A stretch of DNA of 63,676 nucleotides, filler included, from Octopus bimaculoides (GCF_001194135.2; 6 parts of 6 records of this genome joined end to end with filler, not necessarily neighbours in it); one strand, 5' to 3'. Shown: positions 23,667 through 37,741, counted from the whole stretch's first letter. Translations and numbers: made by a program. The notes: a model not told the origin generated them from the letters alone.

Positions 23667-24519
23667 GTAGAAAAAGTTGTGTATATATATCATGTATGTA
23701 TCTTTAATAAAAACTATATATAAAATATTAATGAATTCTTAATAGATATTTTCATAATTTTACTTATTCTATCCTTTCTGCATCTTTTTAGTTGCCTGAA
23801 TACATTTACCTCTGGTTATTTGATCTAAACAAAATTTAAAAAATATACTGATTAAGAAGAAAAATGAGTTTCATTTTCTGTAAGTAAATTTTTTGCATAT
23901 TTTCAAAATTGTTTGTAGTACTTTATGAATTACATTTCTTACAATTTTATAATTTTTTTCTGACAATCATATATGACAAGAGTAGGATTGAGCAAACTAA
24001 AGAAAACTGAGATGAAAAAATATATTCTTTATGAAAACTGCATGAATTCCAAATTTTTCACTGAAAATATTGCCCTTAGGTCAGAGGTTGGAAATAGATG
24101 ATTCACTGGGTCTCTGTAGGCCTCTTCAGAAATTCTCTCATATTCAATTTATTTATGGGTCATTGAACAGTTTATGGTGTTTAGAAAGTCTTTTGTGTTA
24201 CAGTTTAATTTATGTTTATAGTGATGGAAATGGAGTGATGTGTTAAGGTATTATTATATGTAAGATATAACAATATATATGTGGACCATGGGAAAATGTA
24301 AAAAATCAGAAGTTTGTCTTAACATGTAGTAATTTGGTTTCCATTGATTGGATTAGGATTATAGCATTTAAAGCACACCCATTCATCAAAACAGTTATTT
24401 AATTAAAATCTTGCAATATACATTCTGGTATCCTTGCTACTGTTGATTGAATCTAGTACTATTTCTCTTCTGTAACATCCATATGTTGACTGTATTTGTC
24501 ATGTTAATAATAAAATTAT

Positions 24520-24800
24520 ATATAGACTTAAACATGGTTGTGTGATTAAGTAGTTTGATTTTCAACCAAGTTCATTACCATTTTGTGTAGTAAATGTCTT
24601 CAATAGCCTCAGTTTGAATAATATCACATTATAGAACTTAGTAGGAGGAAATTGTATGTGCATGTGGGGTGGTGGAGTGTGTGTTTATTTTTACATCATT
24701 TAAAGAACTGGTGTTGTTTACATCGTGTACATTTAAGTTGCATGATTTAACAGTTACTCAAATAGTGACGAATAAAATAAGTATAAGACTGAAACCTGTA
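24520..24800 (+). mobile_element. Old SINE family B copy
   Basis: GGTTGTGTGATTAAGTAGTTTG head and GTCTTC..ATAGCCTC core, degraded relative to 49630-49905. Confidence 0.4.
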
Positions 24801-25239
24801 AAACAAATAAAAGAATATTCATTGCAAAAATGTGTGATGAAAGTGAAAGACATATGATGTTGGGGTGGAGGTCGACAAAGGTACATAAGGGTAAGACAAT
24901 AGAATGTGTTTCAGAGGAGAGGGACAGATAACAAGTAGCAAGGAAAGCATGATCAATGGAAAATGTTAGTAGTGAGTGACAGTGGTAAGAATGAAGGATG
25001 GATGTCAAAGGAAGTGGTCCTGTGTTGTGGGAGACACAATTAGTAGCATAAAAAATGATGATGACTAAAACAGAATACTGTAGGAGTTAGAGGAATAGTC
25101 AGGAAATTAGTGATTGGGAAATGGCTTGACAGGAACAAATTGGGTGAGGAGCCCAGCTTTATGTACATGTACTATGCTTTTAGAAGTTTACTTTTGCCAT
25201 GAAGGGTGGAGTGTCTTGAGCACTACATGTCACCTATCA

Positions 25240-25545
25240 TTTTGATCCTTTGTCATCTACACTGTGTGGCTTAAAATCTTGAGATCAGCTTTACTTCTTC
25301 AACCTATGTCTTCCTGGACCTTCCTCTTCCACAAGCCCTATATACATCAACATATTTATACAGCTGTCCTCATCTAAATAAATCACATGCTCATATCAGA
25401 AAAGTCTTCTCTCTTGCACACTACATCTGATTCCGCTCATATCCAAGTTTTCTCTCAATATATATGTGCTTCATCATTCATGCACAATGATGCTACACAT
25501 CCTGTGGAATATTCTAGCTTCATTTCTTTCTAGTCCTTGTAAATC
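25240..25545 (-). mobile_element. RTE-clade LINE 3' end fragment
   Basis: ERNEARIFHRMC..LRENLDMSGIRCSVQERRL..EHV..DEDSCI; same family as 30620-30990. Confidence 0.7.
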
Positions 25546-26089
25546 CTCAAAGTAATAGAATAAAAAGCTTAAAGCTGAATAAAGCTCTATCTGAACAATA
25601 AAGTCTTCTATATGTATTCTTAATCTGAGGCACATTTAATCTTAACCATACTTTTAAACTTCCTTACAAAACAATCATACATTTTTTTTTGTTAGTCTAA
25701 TCATAATCTGTTTACTACTCAAAGTATACAACTTATTTTTGACTGCTACTATCCTTGTAATGTTTCATCAGTAGCTAAACTGGCACAAAATCAAATTGTA
25801 TTTTTCCTTCTATTGTTTTCTTTAAAACAATACTTTGCAATACATTGTCTCTCAGTTTTCTTCCCATGTATGTACATCTTTGTAAAATACTAAATTCATT
25901 CTTCTATGCCAAGTTTAATCTTGTATGATTTTGTTATCAAGTGTAACCCTATTGAAAGATTTGATTTGTTTGTTCTATGACTGATAAAGTTAGATGCTGA
26001 ACATCTCTTCATCTAGACTTGAAGTTATTTGTTCTTTTCTTTATACACATAATTGTTTTAGTTCTCTCATTATTAAGAGGATGATCAAT

Positions 26090-26610
26090 GATAAATGTGA
26101 CAAGTTGGAAGAAACTCGACAGTCTCAAAGAAAATACCATCAGTTTGCAATACAAGAATTTGGGAACAACCTTGAAGCAAGTTGATAAGTTTTAAATATT
26201 TGGGAGCCATTCTTACATCAGATGGAAGAAACAATAAAGAAATTAAGTCAAGGACTGACAAGCTAAAGCTACCTACAATGAGATGAAGCATTTATAGTCA
26301 AGTAAATGGCTATCAACAAAAGTGAGGAAAAAGTGGCATCTTTATATATAGCTGTATGATCTAGAACAACAAAAAACTAGTATAAAAGCTTATCAGTGGT
26401 GCTGAGATGTAGTTCCCTAAATAAATGTTAAAGGTGCCCTAGGCAGACTGAGTGACAAATATCAAAGACCACCAGAAAGCCTGTCAACAACATTAAGAAA
26501 ACAACAGATTCAGTTCATTAGACACCACATGAGAGGTAAAAATCTTGAGCACTCAGTGACAACTAGGAAGTTGAAAGAAAGAAGAAGCTGAGGAAAGTAG
26601 AAAGGAAACA
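26090..26610 (+). mobile_element. RTE-clade LINE RT C-terminal fragment
   Basis: LKQVDKF/YLGAILTSDGRNNKEIKSR..IKKTTDSVH/QFIRHHMRGKNLEHSVTTRKL. Confidence 0.65.
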
Positions 26611-26739
26611 TATTTGCTATCTTTATTAGTTGGCCTCAGAAAGACTGGTCCTGTAACAGATTAGTTTTGTGTGGAGACAGAAGGGTATGAACTGTTGGGT
26701 TTGCTGATATTTTATGAAAAGGCTTGTCCTTTCAGGTGC

Positions 26740-26925
26740 CAATTGCCACTTATAAAGCACCCAGCACACTCTGCTAAGTGGTTGGAGTTAGGAAAGGAAT
26801 CCAGCCATAGAAACCATGCCTCAATGGACTGTTGGAGTCTGGACAGCTCCTGGCTAGTCAGCTCCATCTCAAACCATCCAACCCATGCCAGGATGGAGAG
26901 TGGATGTTAAACGATGATGATGATG
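26740..26925 (+). mobile_element. Retroposon 3' tail ending in (GAT)n
   Basis: GGAATCCAGCCATAGAAACCATGCC...ACCCATGCCAGGATGGAGAGTGGATGTTAAACGATGATGATGATG; homologous to 50290-50480. Confidence 0.6.
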
Positions 26926-28439
26926 TTAACTTAGAGAATCTCACTTCATGTTACCCATATCTCCCATTATGTAGTATAAGAATACCCCTAACATTTGGAT
27001 CTTTCATTTTTATCAAAGTAAATTTTCAGGAAAATTAAGTTGATCTATACTATATATAAAACAGAGATGTGTGTGTAATCGCTTTTCACATGAAATCGAC
27101 TTCACCAAATGCTTCCATACTTGTGATGCATGAATAATTTGACCTCGGATAAATGTTAGGCTCTTCATTTGATTTTTTTAATTAAAAATAAATAATATTG
27201 CTTTATATTTAAGATTCACTTCTTTAAAAAGGTTCCTCAATGTCAACTTCCGGTATTGACGTAACAACGGCAAAAAGCTTCACTCTCTATTTTGTGTGTG
27301 AGCGTGTGTGTTCATATGTATGAGAGAGAGAGAGAGAGAGAGAGAGAGNNNNNNNNNNNNNNNNNNNNNNNNNNNNNNNNNNNNNNNNNNNNNNNNNNNN
27401 NNNNNNNNNNNNNNNNNNNNNNNNNNNNNNNNNNNNNNNNNNNNNNNNNNNNNNNNNNNNNNNNNNNNNNNNNNNNNNNNNNNNNNNNNNNNNNNNNNNN
27501 NNNNNNNNTATACAAACATATTTACAAAGACACACGTGTGTATGCGCGCACGCGTCTGTGCGTGCGTGGGGGGTTCCACAATCGCCATTTATTTCAATTA
27601 CTCTTGTGAGGATATTCACGTAAATCATTTTTTTCATTTAATCCCCATTTTAATTTTCGTAAAAGTTTCCAAGTACCAATGAGGCTTTTTGGCACATCTT
27701 CAATTTTCCCCATTTATGAGAGGCGCCCAGCCATCATTCATCTGAGAGTCCATCTACAGAATGTCCTCAAATTTCTATACAGCATATTTTGCCTTTTTTT
27801 CTTCAAGTATATAAGCAACAATTTCATTCCTGAGCAACGCCGGGTGCCTCTGCTAGTAGTTTATAATATAAAGGTGATAGAACTATTCACGAAAAAGGCT
27901 TATGTTATTATAGCTTGACTTTGCCAAAAAAATCACTGTACTACTTTTTATTTAGTTTCTTTTTTTGTTTAGGTTGGTTTCTCCATCACTACCAAAGCCA
28001 TATTGAAGCATCACTTTCAAATATGTTTTTGGTAATATAAATATAAGAAAAGAGGTAATGAAGGTTAAAACAACCATGTTTCATTTGTTGATTTTAAAAA
28101 CTGTATTTAGATGTGGTTAATGGTTCATATAAAATGTGTTGATGCACATTCAAGTTAAAACTAGGGTCAAAATGTGCCATGTCGTTGGTGTCATTGTTTA
28201 GCCCTTTGTAAGCACTAATTAAACAGAGCTATGACATATAGGTAGTCACTTGGAACTATCTCTGATTATAACCATATTTCTCTTGAACAACTTTTGGATA
28301 TCAAAAATTGGATATCAAATTATTCAAGAAGCAATCGATATTTTGAATTCATTATTTATTCTAATCTATTTGGAGCTTTTCCCCTAACTATCCAGCCATA
28401 CCATTTTACCACATTAACTTGTATGAAATAGCACTGAGA

Positions 28440-28920
28440 TTGTCCATCTTCCTTTCATTGAGGTTCTTGACATATCTATATAATTGAGTCATAGTCATTC
28501 TCAGATGCACTGGCCATATGATTGAATATATAGAGAGAATGTCATACTGGTAAAATTAATGTTGCATCGTAGATATTGTTCATGCATATGTCATTGTTAC
28601 AAGTATGAATGTCTTTTTACAGATTTAGTTTAGTTGTCATATGTTCCTTTTCGTCTTGTAATAGTTATTTTTCTCATAATTTTCCTGTATATATGTTTTG
28701 GCTCTACAAAGTAGCACTTAGAGAGCCAGTGAACGACATCTAATATTACTTCTTCCAATCTTCTCAGATGTTGTAGATGCCAGAAGCTGCCTCAAGTTAG
28801 GTTTTGCTTGTATAAGATGTCAAGTACAGTCTTTTGCTATCTAGGAATTAAGGTATTTAAAATTTTGTACTACCTCTATCCCATTGCCACTATATCAAAG
28901 CATTGAGGAAATCTACCAAT
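28440..28920 (-). mobile_element. RTE-like LINE RT fragment, heavily decayed
   Basis: IEVVQNFKYL..IAKDC..EAASG..WKK motif order on the minus strand. Confidence 0.5.
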
Positions 28921-29554
28921 AACTAAATTTCACAAACTATCATAGATGAGATGGCAAATGATCAAGATGAGTGATGGTATTCTATCATAAAACTTATTAA
29001 ATTCATGCAAGCCTGAAAAAAGGAAAAGCAATGATAACAAAGATAATCATGTTGGGGAGGAAGATTTATTTGGTAATATAGTCATCATATATATTTTGTA
29101 ATGATTAGATCCTTTGCATATTGTAATCGATAAAGTGCCAATTAGCTCCTCAGATATTTTGTGCTTGGCAAGTGCTTCATGTTTCCTTAAATAATATTTG
29201 AAGTACAATTATTTCAAATAACACAATAGTGACAGATTTACTGGACTCTGACATCCCATTTCTGGAAAATAATGTGTTCAATCAATGCAGTTGGTACTGA
29301 ACAAATTTCCACTGAAAAGTTACTCATTTTTCTCTAGGAGGAAGATTGAAGTGTGTATATTTGAGTATATTATGTAATAATTACTAAACTTCAAACAGAC
29401 AGTCCAATTTATGCATGAATTGTTATAGGAATTGGTAGAATGTTTTTTTTTTCCCCTGGAAAGCATATTTGAAAAAGCAAGGAAATTTCTAGTATAAAAT
29501 TATTTATGGCACAAATTTTTTTCTATTTGTTTTATCTTGAGAAAGGTGCAGTGT

Positions 29555-29705
29555 TGAAGGCCTTTGCAAACTATTTGAGAGACCAGTGAGACTGGAACTA
29601 CTAATGTTCCTCTTGAACTGCTGCAGATCAACACCTGCAGGAAATACACGAGCAGGGAGGGAATTCCAGAGGTCTGACATTATGGTAACGAAGGACTGGG
29701 AATAA
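29555..29705 (-). mobile_element. CR1/L2-like LINE 3' end fragment
   Basis: Decayed LWNSLP..VFP...LQQFK-like C-terminus (GAATTCCCTCCCTGCTCGTGTATTTCCTGCAGG...CTGCAGCAGTTCAAGAGG). Confidence 0.4.
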
Positions 29706-29949
29706 TATGTGGTTGATTATTAATTATGATTAGTATGAGTTTTTTTTATCCAATTTTCTGGTGAATATGAAACCCATTTAACTTGCACACTTGTCTGGTA
29801 GGCTGGCTACTATCTGAAATCTTTGTTGCAAATAACCCATTTCATACAAACAATGTTATTGAACTCCAGGAGCCCTCTTCATTCGTTATGCTCTAGCCAT
29901 AGCCTTAATGTACAGCTGGGTAATCATCTTCCTCTTCGTGTCCAATATT

Positions 29950-30480
29950 CTAGTAAATTTCCTACTCATGATAACCAGGTTGCTGTATTCTATTACTAAG
30001 GCAGTCTGGAGTTATTGTTCATCTCTCAGACATGACTGTGGCATATATACAAAAATCACTGTTGCTGTCACACTGCCCTATGAATAGCTTAAACTTAATT
30101 ATCATTATTTCATGTATTCTTATTACTAACTCAATCATTCTATCTATCAATTTTTCTGGTAAAAATATGCCTACTCTAAACTGTTAAACTTAAAAAAAGA
30201 ATTTTTATCTGTTTTTATTGCTTGTTGAGGATGTCTGTCATTTCACCTTTTGTATATAGCATACATTGTTCCACTCTTGCATCCCTTAAAAACCTCCAGA
30301 ACAACTTTTTAGTGTGCCAACAATAATGGTAGCAGCCCTAAATTTCTGTACCTGAAAGAAAAAGTATTTTCATTGATGATAAAGAGTGAGTTGCTAGATG
30401 TTCATCTGCACCTGAAAAGTATGCTGCTCCTGTTACTGTATTACCATGTGCAGCATTAATGTAGCAAGTGTTAGTCTTCT
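29950..30480 (-). mobile_element. RTE-like AP endonuclease fragment
   Basis: VLEV.., DRMIEL.., VYMPQSCL pieces in the expected order. Confidence 0.35.
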
Positions 30481-30505
30481 ACATACAAACTAAGATTTTT
30501 TCTTG

Positions 30506-30536
<31 letters not shown>

Positions 30537-30619
30537 CTGTTCTAAAAGTATAGTTGCTAGAATATGAACAGGATGTAGAAAGTTCAGAGAGCTTTTATCT
30601 CTATTAGTAATAAAAGTCT

Positions 30620-30990
30620 CTCATTCAGGGTGAAAAGCAGATTGTATGATGTGTATGAACAGCAATGCTACATAACTGTGAAATGTGAGCCCCCAAATGC
30701 AGAGGAGATATGAAGGCTGGGAATGGAATGAATCTAGTATGCTCCATTGCGTGTGCAATATCTGTGTACAAGTATGAGAAAGTGCAAATGTGCTGAGAGA
30801 AAAATTGGACATAAAAGGAATGAAATGTAGTGTGCAAGAGAAATTACTGTAGTGCTATGGTCATGTGATACATATCGATGAGGACAGCTGAATAAAGAAG
30901 TGCCAGTTGCTTAAAGTGGGTGGAACATTCAGGCAATGTCAACTTGATGAAGAGAGTGAGCAAATGTACAACACATACAATTAATCATTA
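30620..30990 (+). mobile_element. RTE-clade LINE 3' end fragment
   Basis: RLYDV..TAMLHNCEM..EWNESSML..VCN..VLREKLDIKGMKCSVQE..YGHVIHIDEDS. Confidence 0.75.
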
Positions 30991-31060
30991 TAAACAAATC
31001 ACTTCTGCAGATTATTCGGCAAAAGCTGAACACTCATACATCATCTTTGATAGAAGAGTC

Positions 31061-31105
<45 letters not shown>

Positions 31106-31254
31106 TCTGCTGATATCACACCTTCTCTCCTTCTGTCCATCAGCTTTTACTCTCTCCAAACTTCCCTCCAACTTATATGCAGCATTGACCATGCTTCCAA
31201 GATTCACCACATTTATATATATGCATATTGGATATATATATATATATATATATA

Positions 31255-31354
31255 NNNNNNNNNNNNNNNNNNNNNNNNNNNNNNNNNNNNNNNNNNNNTT
31301 AATTAATTAANNNNNNNNNNNNNNNNNNNNNNNNNNNNNNNNNNNNNNNNNNNN
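31255..31354. other. Assembly linker 44N-TTAATTAATTAA-44N
   Basis: Same 100-bp block. Confidence 0.95.
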
Positions 31355-31359
31355 TATAT

Positions 31360-31580
31360 ATGCATATATACATACGTACATACTTACATGTATACGTATA
31401 TACAAATGCATATGTGGGCATAGAACGTTACAAAACATAAGCAAAAAAAATACAAAGTACGAGGACATGGAATAAGGACTTTTTTGCAAGCAACGAAAGA
31501 AACAAATGGAAAACAAGACAAGCAACACAAAGAACAACCCTTCATCAGTTGTCGGCTGTTTTTCTAATCCGTTTTTCGAG
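31360..31580 (-). mobile_element. Dispersed repeat family D (CGAAA..CTGATGAAGG..AACGTC..ATGTAAGTATGTAC), copy 1
   Basis: Shared blocks with 54480-54649 and 59200-59385. Confidence 0.6.
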
Positions 31581-32009
31581 CAATTCATGATAAGATTCGA
31601 CTTCGATAAAACAGTTGCTCCCGCAGAGCAAATGTAATAAAATTTGCGATCTTGCGGAGTGTCAGGATTGGTGACAAAAACAGGACAGTGAAAACAAATA
31701 TGAAGGCTACTAAGCCTAAGCTAGATTGTGATGGCGAACGCGAAGAAACAAATCTGGACAGGAGACAGAGAGCAATACGTCTTCAATGTCTAGCTGAAAC
31801 AAGAAGAAAGAAATACAATTTAGGAGAAGAAAGAAAAATGGCCGATGGTCACGTGCACTCACTGTAACTGAGAGGCTCTAATTTCCAGTGCACAGAGTTA
31901 GACGTTTCCGATCATCAGGTGATAAACGTTTCCTAGTTTCCTCTAGAAATATCTATTGTCTGAATACTTTTGATGTATGAAACGAAAGTTGGAGGAAAAG
32001 GCCTATCCA

Positions 32010-32110
32010 TATGATTTCTGTTTGAAGACCTTTGTGAACGACACAGGAGGCTCTAGTCGGCCCGGGGCTATAGTAGAAGACACTTACCAAGCTACTTAAC
32101 ACACAACCCC
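32010..32110 (-). mobile_element. SINE family B head fragment
   Basis: GTCGGCCCGGGGCTATAGTAGAAGACACTTACCAAG matches the reverse of the family B core. Confidence 0.55.
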
Positions 32111-33488
32111 TGCGCTTATATATATATATATATAATACATACATATGTTTATATACATGCATACACACGCGCCTCCATACACTCATACACATATATGCAT
32201 GTATACATATATGGTCTCATCAAACTGTGTATCATTTTGTCAGTTAACTGATTATATCTTTATTAGACTAATTTAAATAGCTATATGAATTTATTTTAGG
32301 CGAGAGACCACCGATTTGAGTCAGAAAACCAAAATAGTTCCACTGAGACGAATAAACAAACTAACAATCATATACACATTTGCCTCGATCGTAAGGGACC
32401 AGACAGATTAAAACAAGTTTACTGGTGATCAATTTGTAATTTAGAACAATTTGACATTTGTATATAAGACAACAAGCATCTCGATGCAGTTTGAGTGAAC
32501 TCCTTTGCCCTCCTCTTTTAAACCTTTATAGGCATGTTTCTCATGAATGGACTGAAATATGTATTCTCTAAAATGCTCACTTTTTATTTAAAATTTATTT
32601 GCATTCATTTTCAGAATGCCGTTTGCCAGATGAAGGCACTCAACTGTACAAGCCACAGGTTTTGTGCACTATTGCTGACTGAGGAGCTCTTTATTTCGCA
32701 TATAAATATTGGTCATCGGCATTAAGCACATTTTGTTGGTAATGGCTGGTTACTGTTCTAAAGTAAGAGGTAGCCTGCGGTCGCCAAGTGGTTGAGTCCC
32801 TGGTCGAAGTCATTAAAATTGGATTACGTCAGCAATGCTCTGGAGAAAATGAAGAATGTTGCTATTCCCCTATTCCCATTTGCTCACCAAAAATGAAAAA
32901 GTAGCCAATATCTAATATCGAATCTAACTAATTAGATATGCATTAAAATAACTACGGTTCTTTCCAGCTAGTAATTATCGATGTTTATAATTTCCTTTTG
33001 TTCTTCACTAAAATTCCTCACGTAGTTTTAGAAACTTTCGGTAATTTATGATTACTTTTAATAAAACAAGTCAGAAAACATTTAAAACATTTGAGAATTA
33101 ATTTCAATTTTCAGAAATTAACTCTGGAATGTAGAAATTTTTGATACCGTTTTCCTTCTCAGTGGTTTTGCTTAAGTGGAATTCTCATTAAGAAACAAAC
33201 AGAAAAATAAACACTGCTTAACCATTTTAATTTTCGGAGTATTGTTGCCATCAAAATGATCGAAACAACATTTCTTTGTGTCTGCATCGAGACTTTTAGA
33301 ATACATGACTTCGATAATGGATGCTAATGAAATATCTCTTAATCATTCGATATCGCTGAATTATTAAGTGATGCCAAATTCATGTAACTAATTAAAACTA
33401 AGCCAACGCAAGACAATGCTAGTTGCCACATACGCAACACAAAACAAATTTTACTACATATATATATATATATATANNNNNNNNNNTA

Positions 33489-33525
<37 letters not shown>

Positions 33526-34544
33526 GATTTTGTATGGATATACATATAAGTGTGTGTGTCTGTCTATATGTATGGTCAGTTATTCACCATCATCTGCGCC
33601 CAGCCTGCACTTTAATAACTAAATGAAGATAAATCAAATCAAATATGCACAATTTACACTGGTGATCGTTAAAAGAGAGTCCAATTTATATAGAATGTAG
33701 CCATTTTACACTCTACTTTATGTACGCTTACCAATATGCCTGTGAATGTCATCAACATAGCCTCACCATCTCTCTACTCTCCAAAGCGCATGCGTAACAT
33801 TTAATATGCCTTGTGTAAAACACCGAAAATCTTAAAAAGCTTCTAGTTAGTCGACTTGGCAATTTTTGGTTTTTGAGCCTAGTTACCATGGTATGTTTGT
33901 GAACCGTACCAGCTTCAATGCAATTTGGCTTCGTTTATGTTATTAAAAATGTAGGTATTGCTCCTAAGCAAAAATATCGAATATTTTCCTCTAGAATATG
34001 TAAACAAAAACAAAATTTAGATAATAAAATATTCGTTATGATTTTTTCATTGTTTTTGTTTCTTTTTTAAACTTCTTAAACACACTCTGTATTCTAAGAA
34101 ATATTTTTCATTACAAATGCTTTTCGTTTTAATCACATTTTGTTTCATCATGTTAGAACCTCAGCGTAGTTGTGCATCGTATGAACGTAAAGTTTTATTT
34201 AAAATTAGATGTTTAAAGTTGACAGATATCCCCGAAGAAATATTTGAACAGTTCTACAATATTTAAATTATATTAACAATACTCTTGGCTAGTTTTATTT
34301 TTCTGTTTTTCTTTTTATTCATACATAAACATTTTATATTATCACTGAGTTTGCAATGTAAAAATGAAATTAACACTTTTTAACATTAACAGAAAACAAC
34401 AGAAGAACGCAAAAGATAGAAACTCCATAAAAATAGTCTACCTTTCAATTCTCTCCGGACAGTAAAGCATTTAAATGTCATGTACAGGAATCAATACATT
34501 TAACTGTACTGTGAGAAATACAAAATTGTAATAGCAAATAAAAA

Positions 34545-34750
34545 TAATAATGCTTTCTACTATAGGCACAAGACCTGGATTTTTTTTAGGGAGGGAGACT
34601 ATCGATCACATTCACCCCAGTATTCACCTGGTTCTTGATCTATCAACCGCAAAGGATGAAAGGTAATGTCGACCGCGGTGGATGTGAACTCAAAACGTAA
34701 CGGTACACGAAATACTTCTAAGCATTTCGCCCGGCGTGCTAACGATCCTG
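34545..34750 (-). mobile_element. SINE family A
   Basis: TTTCTACTATAGGCACAAG...AAAGGATGAAAGG..GTCGACC..GAACTCAAAACGTAACG..CATTTCGCCCGGCGTGCTAACG. Confidence 0.85.
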
Positions 34751-34756
34751 ATGGAG

Positions 34757-35262
34757 AAAGAAATGACAGAAAAATTTAAGGTGGAGTACTTGCGCAGACA
34801 GAGACTGATCCTTAAGTCGAAATTAATTAGACGGAATAAGATCGAAGCTATCAACACCTGGGCGCTTTCACTCCTTAGATATGGAGCAGGGGTAATAGTA
34901 TAGACAATAGACGAATTAAGCAGCTTAGACAGAAAGACAAGGAAGTTGCTATCTAGATATGGGTCACTTCACCCAAAAAGTAACACAGACAGACTGTATG
35001 TACCAAAAAAAAAAGAGGGGAAGCGAACTTATTGGATGCGAGCACAGCATTAGAGCAGTAGAAGACAACATAGCATGGTATGTAAAAAATGCCACAGAAC
35101 CGCTATTTTTAGAAGTAAGAAGGTCAGACTTGTGTAGGATGAAAGATTGCAAAGATAAAGCACTATACAAGAAATTGAAAACGAATGAAACTGAGAATAG
35201 GTGGGTAAAGAAAAGAATGCATGTTCAATTTCATAGGGATGTTGAAGATAAGACAGAATATT
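34757..35262 (+). mobile_element. R4/Dong-clade LINE RT thumb fragment
   Basis: EYLRRQRLILKSKLIRRNKIEAINTWALSLLRYGAG..LDRKTRKLL..LHPKSNTDRLYVPK..WVKKRMHVQFHRD. Confidence 0.85.
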
Positions 35263-35706
35263 TATATATTTTATATGATATATCTCTTATTATAATTTCT
35301 AAAACCATAGCAAGAAATACACAGAGCTACAGATAGTTTTTTTGTTGTCTCAGGTGCGATTATCCTAGGCCAGCATCATAAATATTTCATGTAGATATAT
35401 AGTTTAAAAAAATATACACCTAAATACATCTAATAGCTAACTTTAAAAATTTAGCTAAGCAACCATACTAATTTACACAGCAACAAACGACATTGGTTGA
35501 GGAATTTAAAAATCGAGATTACAACGATTGTACGTTAGAATTTATTTGGTGGTGCTGAAAACAGTGGACGTAATGGTAGTGATGATAGTAATAGTTAAAA
35601 TAATATCATTAATAGCCATAGTAATATCTTTGAGTAAGAAACCATATTACGACAACAATGTCAACATTTCTAGACATTAATATTTCTGATCGTTATATTT
35701 TCCAAG

Positions 35707-35750
35707 AGAATACAATTGGCTTCTGCCTTTGCTTCTGCTGCTGGAATTTG
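35707..35750 (+). CDS. Candidate internal exon (RIQLASAFASAAGI..; reading frame uncertain)
   Basis: TATTTTCCAAG acceptor, TTG|GTAAGA donor, unique non-repetitive sequence; all three frames open, so the frame is unresolved. Confidence 0.3.
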
Positions 35751-35989
35751 GTAAGATTGCATTGCAGCCTCAGACGAATCTGACAATATATGTATCAACA
35801 GCCTCTGAAAAGCAGGCTGAAATACTTCCTATGAATTATATGTTCAAAAGACCCTTCTTTAAAACGATTACAGATTAAAGTACACTATGAAAAGAGTATA
35901 AACAAAACTCATATTACAATATTATAACACGTGACTGCATCGCCCGTCTAATTTCCTTTACACTTGTTATAACAATAGATTATACAGGA

Positions 35990-37560
35990 TTAAATGAAAA
36001 ATGTATCGTTTCAAAATACAAAAAGTACCAACATAGACTAGATAACTGGAAGTCTAAATTACTGTTTTGAGTAGATACTCTTACGTAGGGAAATGGTAAA
36101 AATAATGTAGATAACAGAATATAACTCTTCGAGAAATATCTACGGTATGAGGATTAACGACAATATGAACAATAAGAAAATATTCATCGAAATACCCAGA
36201 TTCTTGGAACAGGATATATCTCCTGGTGAGGAAATGGTACTCTCAAAATCGCGCTTTCGAAAATAACCCACAGAAAATCTATAGGAAACTTAGTAACAAT
36301 CTAGAATTACTTAGTAACAATCTAGAATTTGGTAGCACATCTGTTAAAGAATATTAATTTTATTCTGGAGATATACCTTTAAAAATGAACCTAAGTATAA
36401 CGAAACTGTAAAGAGTTAGATAAATACGTTGCAACAAACACAAATTTGTAAACTACAATATCCGATTGGAAAGCTTGCTTCAGATAACACGGAAACAGAA
36501 TATGTCCCAGCAGTTGCCTTACCCAAAACTTTGGTTGTTGTGGTTTGACATACTGCAATGCTCTGTATCGGCAATCTATCACTACCCCTCACTCCTTCTC
36601 ATACAATGTACTAAGATATCTTCTATAGCAGTAGGATAAAAATTATTGCCATAAGAAAGCACCGTAGACCACCCATCTACGGCCATTGTTATAAACTGAT
36701 CTCCAACATACAATTCGACGGATAATTGAACGATTACGAGAAAAAAGTAAGTTTGTTGAGCAGAAAGTGCATAATCCGTATTCCTATGACAATCTATCAG
36801 CCCTTTCTTAACGTTTTAGCATGAGCCAAGATATGAAACAAAAAGCTGTACTGTGTCTGGATTTCTACAGGGAAACTTTGGATTTGGTCCCACAGGACTA
36901 GTTTATTAAAATATACAAGTATATTAATTTGATGTTATCATGTTGAAATTCATTAAAGCAACGATGTATAACAGGTGGACATTTCTTACGGCAACTTCCA
37001 ACAAATCAACTGAAAGAACCAGCTGCATTGGAATACCTTCTAGGATCTTCCAATCAAACAATTCTGGTCGCCTTCATTTCATCCTCTATTTATTACATTT
37101 ATGTTAGGTAAGAGTAAAACTAAGTTTAGGCACAATATAAGAAATGGAAAACCATATTCATGCATCGTTTTCTTTTTATGGATGACCTAAATTCTATGCT
37201 GATAATGGTTTTCGGCTTAAGGCATGACAGTTTTCTTAGCATTACCAATGACATTGATATGTCATTGAGACTAGAGGAATAAACACAAGAATCTTTTTAT
37301 AAAACGTGGTAGACAGACTGACCAAATAATTTGTGAATGCAGGGAGAGGGGATAATACAAGCAGCTGCAGAATTAAGCAGTTTCCAAATATTTGAGTATA
37401 AATTTGAGTAAAATTAGACGTGCAAAAGTGCACGAATGAGAACAAAAGTGAACATCTCTTTTCAAAAGCAAATGCTGTCAAAGATTTTAGTGCTAGATAT
37501 TACACATTAATCTGTGGCATAAACCTAGAGAATGAGAGAAATGGATATCATAGAATGTAA
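35990..37560 (+). mobile_element. Very old R4-clade LINE RT fossil
   Basis: Scattered motifs in correct order: RY...RQYEQ, YKLISNI, VEQK, LDFY..LDLVP, HRFLFMDDL, TNDIDM, FIKRG. Confidence 0.45.
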
Positions 37561-37592
37561 TATAAGCAATCTAGTAATCTGTTTGAAAACCA

Positions 37593-37741
37593 TACGAGGT
37601 GCTGAAATGTTCCTAGCTTTGAGTAAAAGAAAATACAGGAAAATAATTAATTATGATTTTATTCAACATCGGAAGGTTGGGCCTCCAATCAGGCCTTTCG
37701 CGATACCTTTAGAACCGAGAACTTTTCAGCACTCACTCGTA
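37593..37741. mobile_element. Mariner/Tc1-type MITE, copy 2 (internally deleted)
   Basis: TACGAGGTGCTGAAATGTTCCTAGCTTT / GAACTTTTCAGCACTCACTCGTA. Confidence 0.75.

Noticed and set aside
36288-36332. Local tandem duplications (also 15896-15975, 2035-2125, 43964-43993, 62144-62175)
   Set aside because: Ordinary slippage duplications with no further structure
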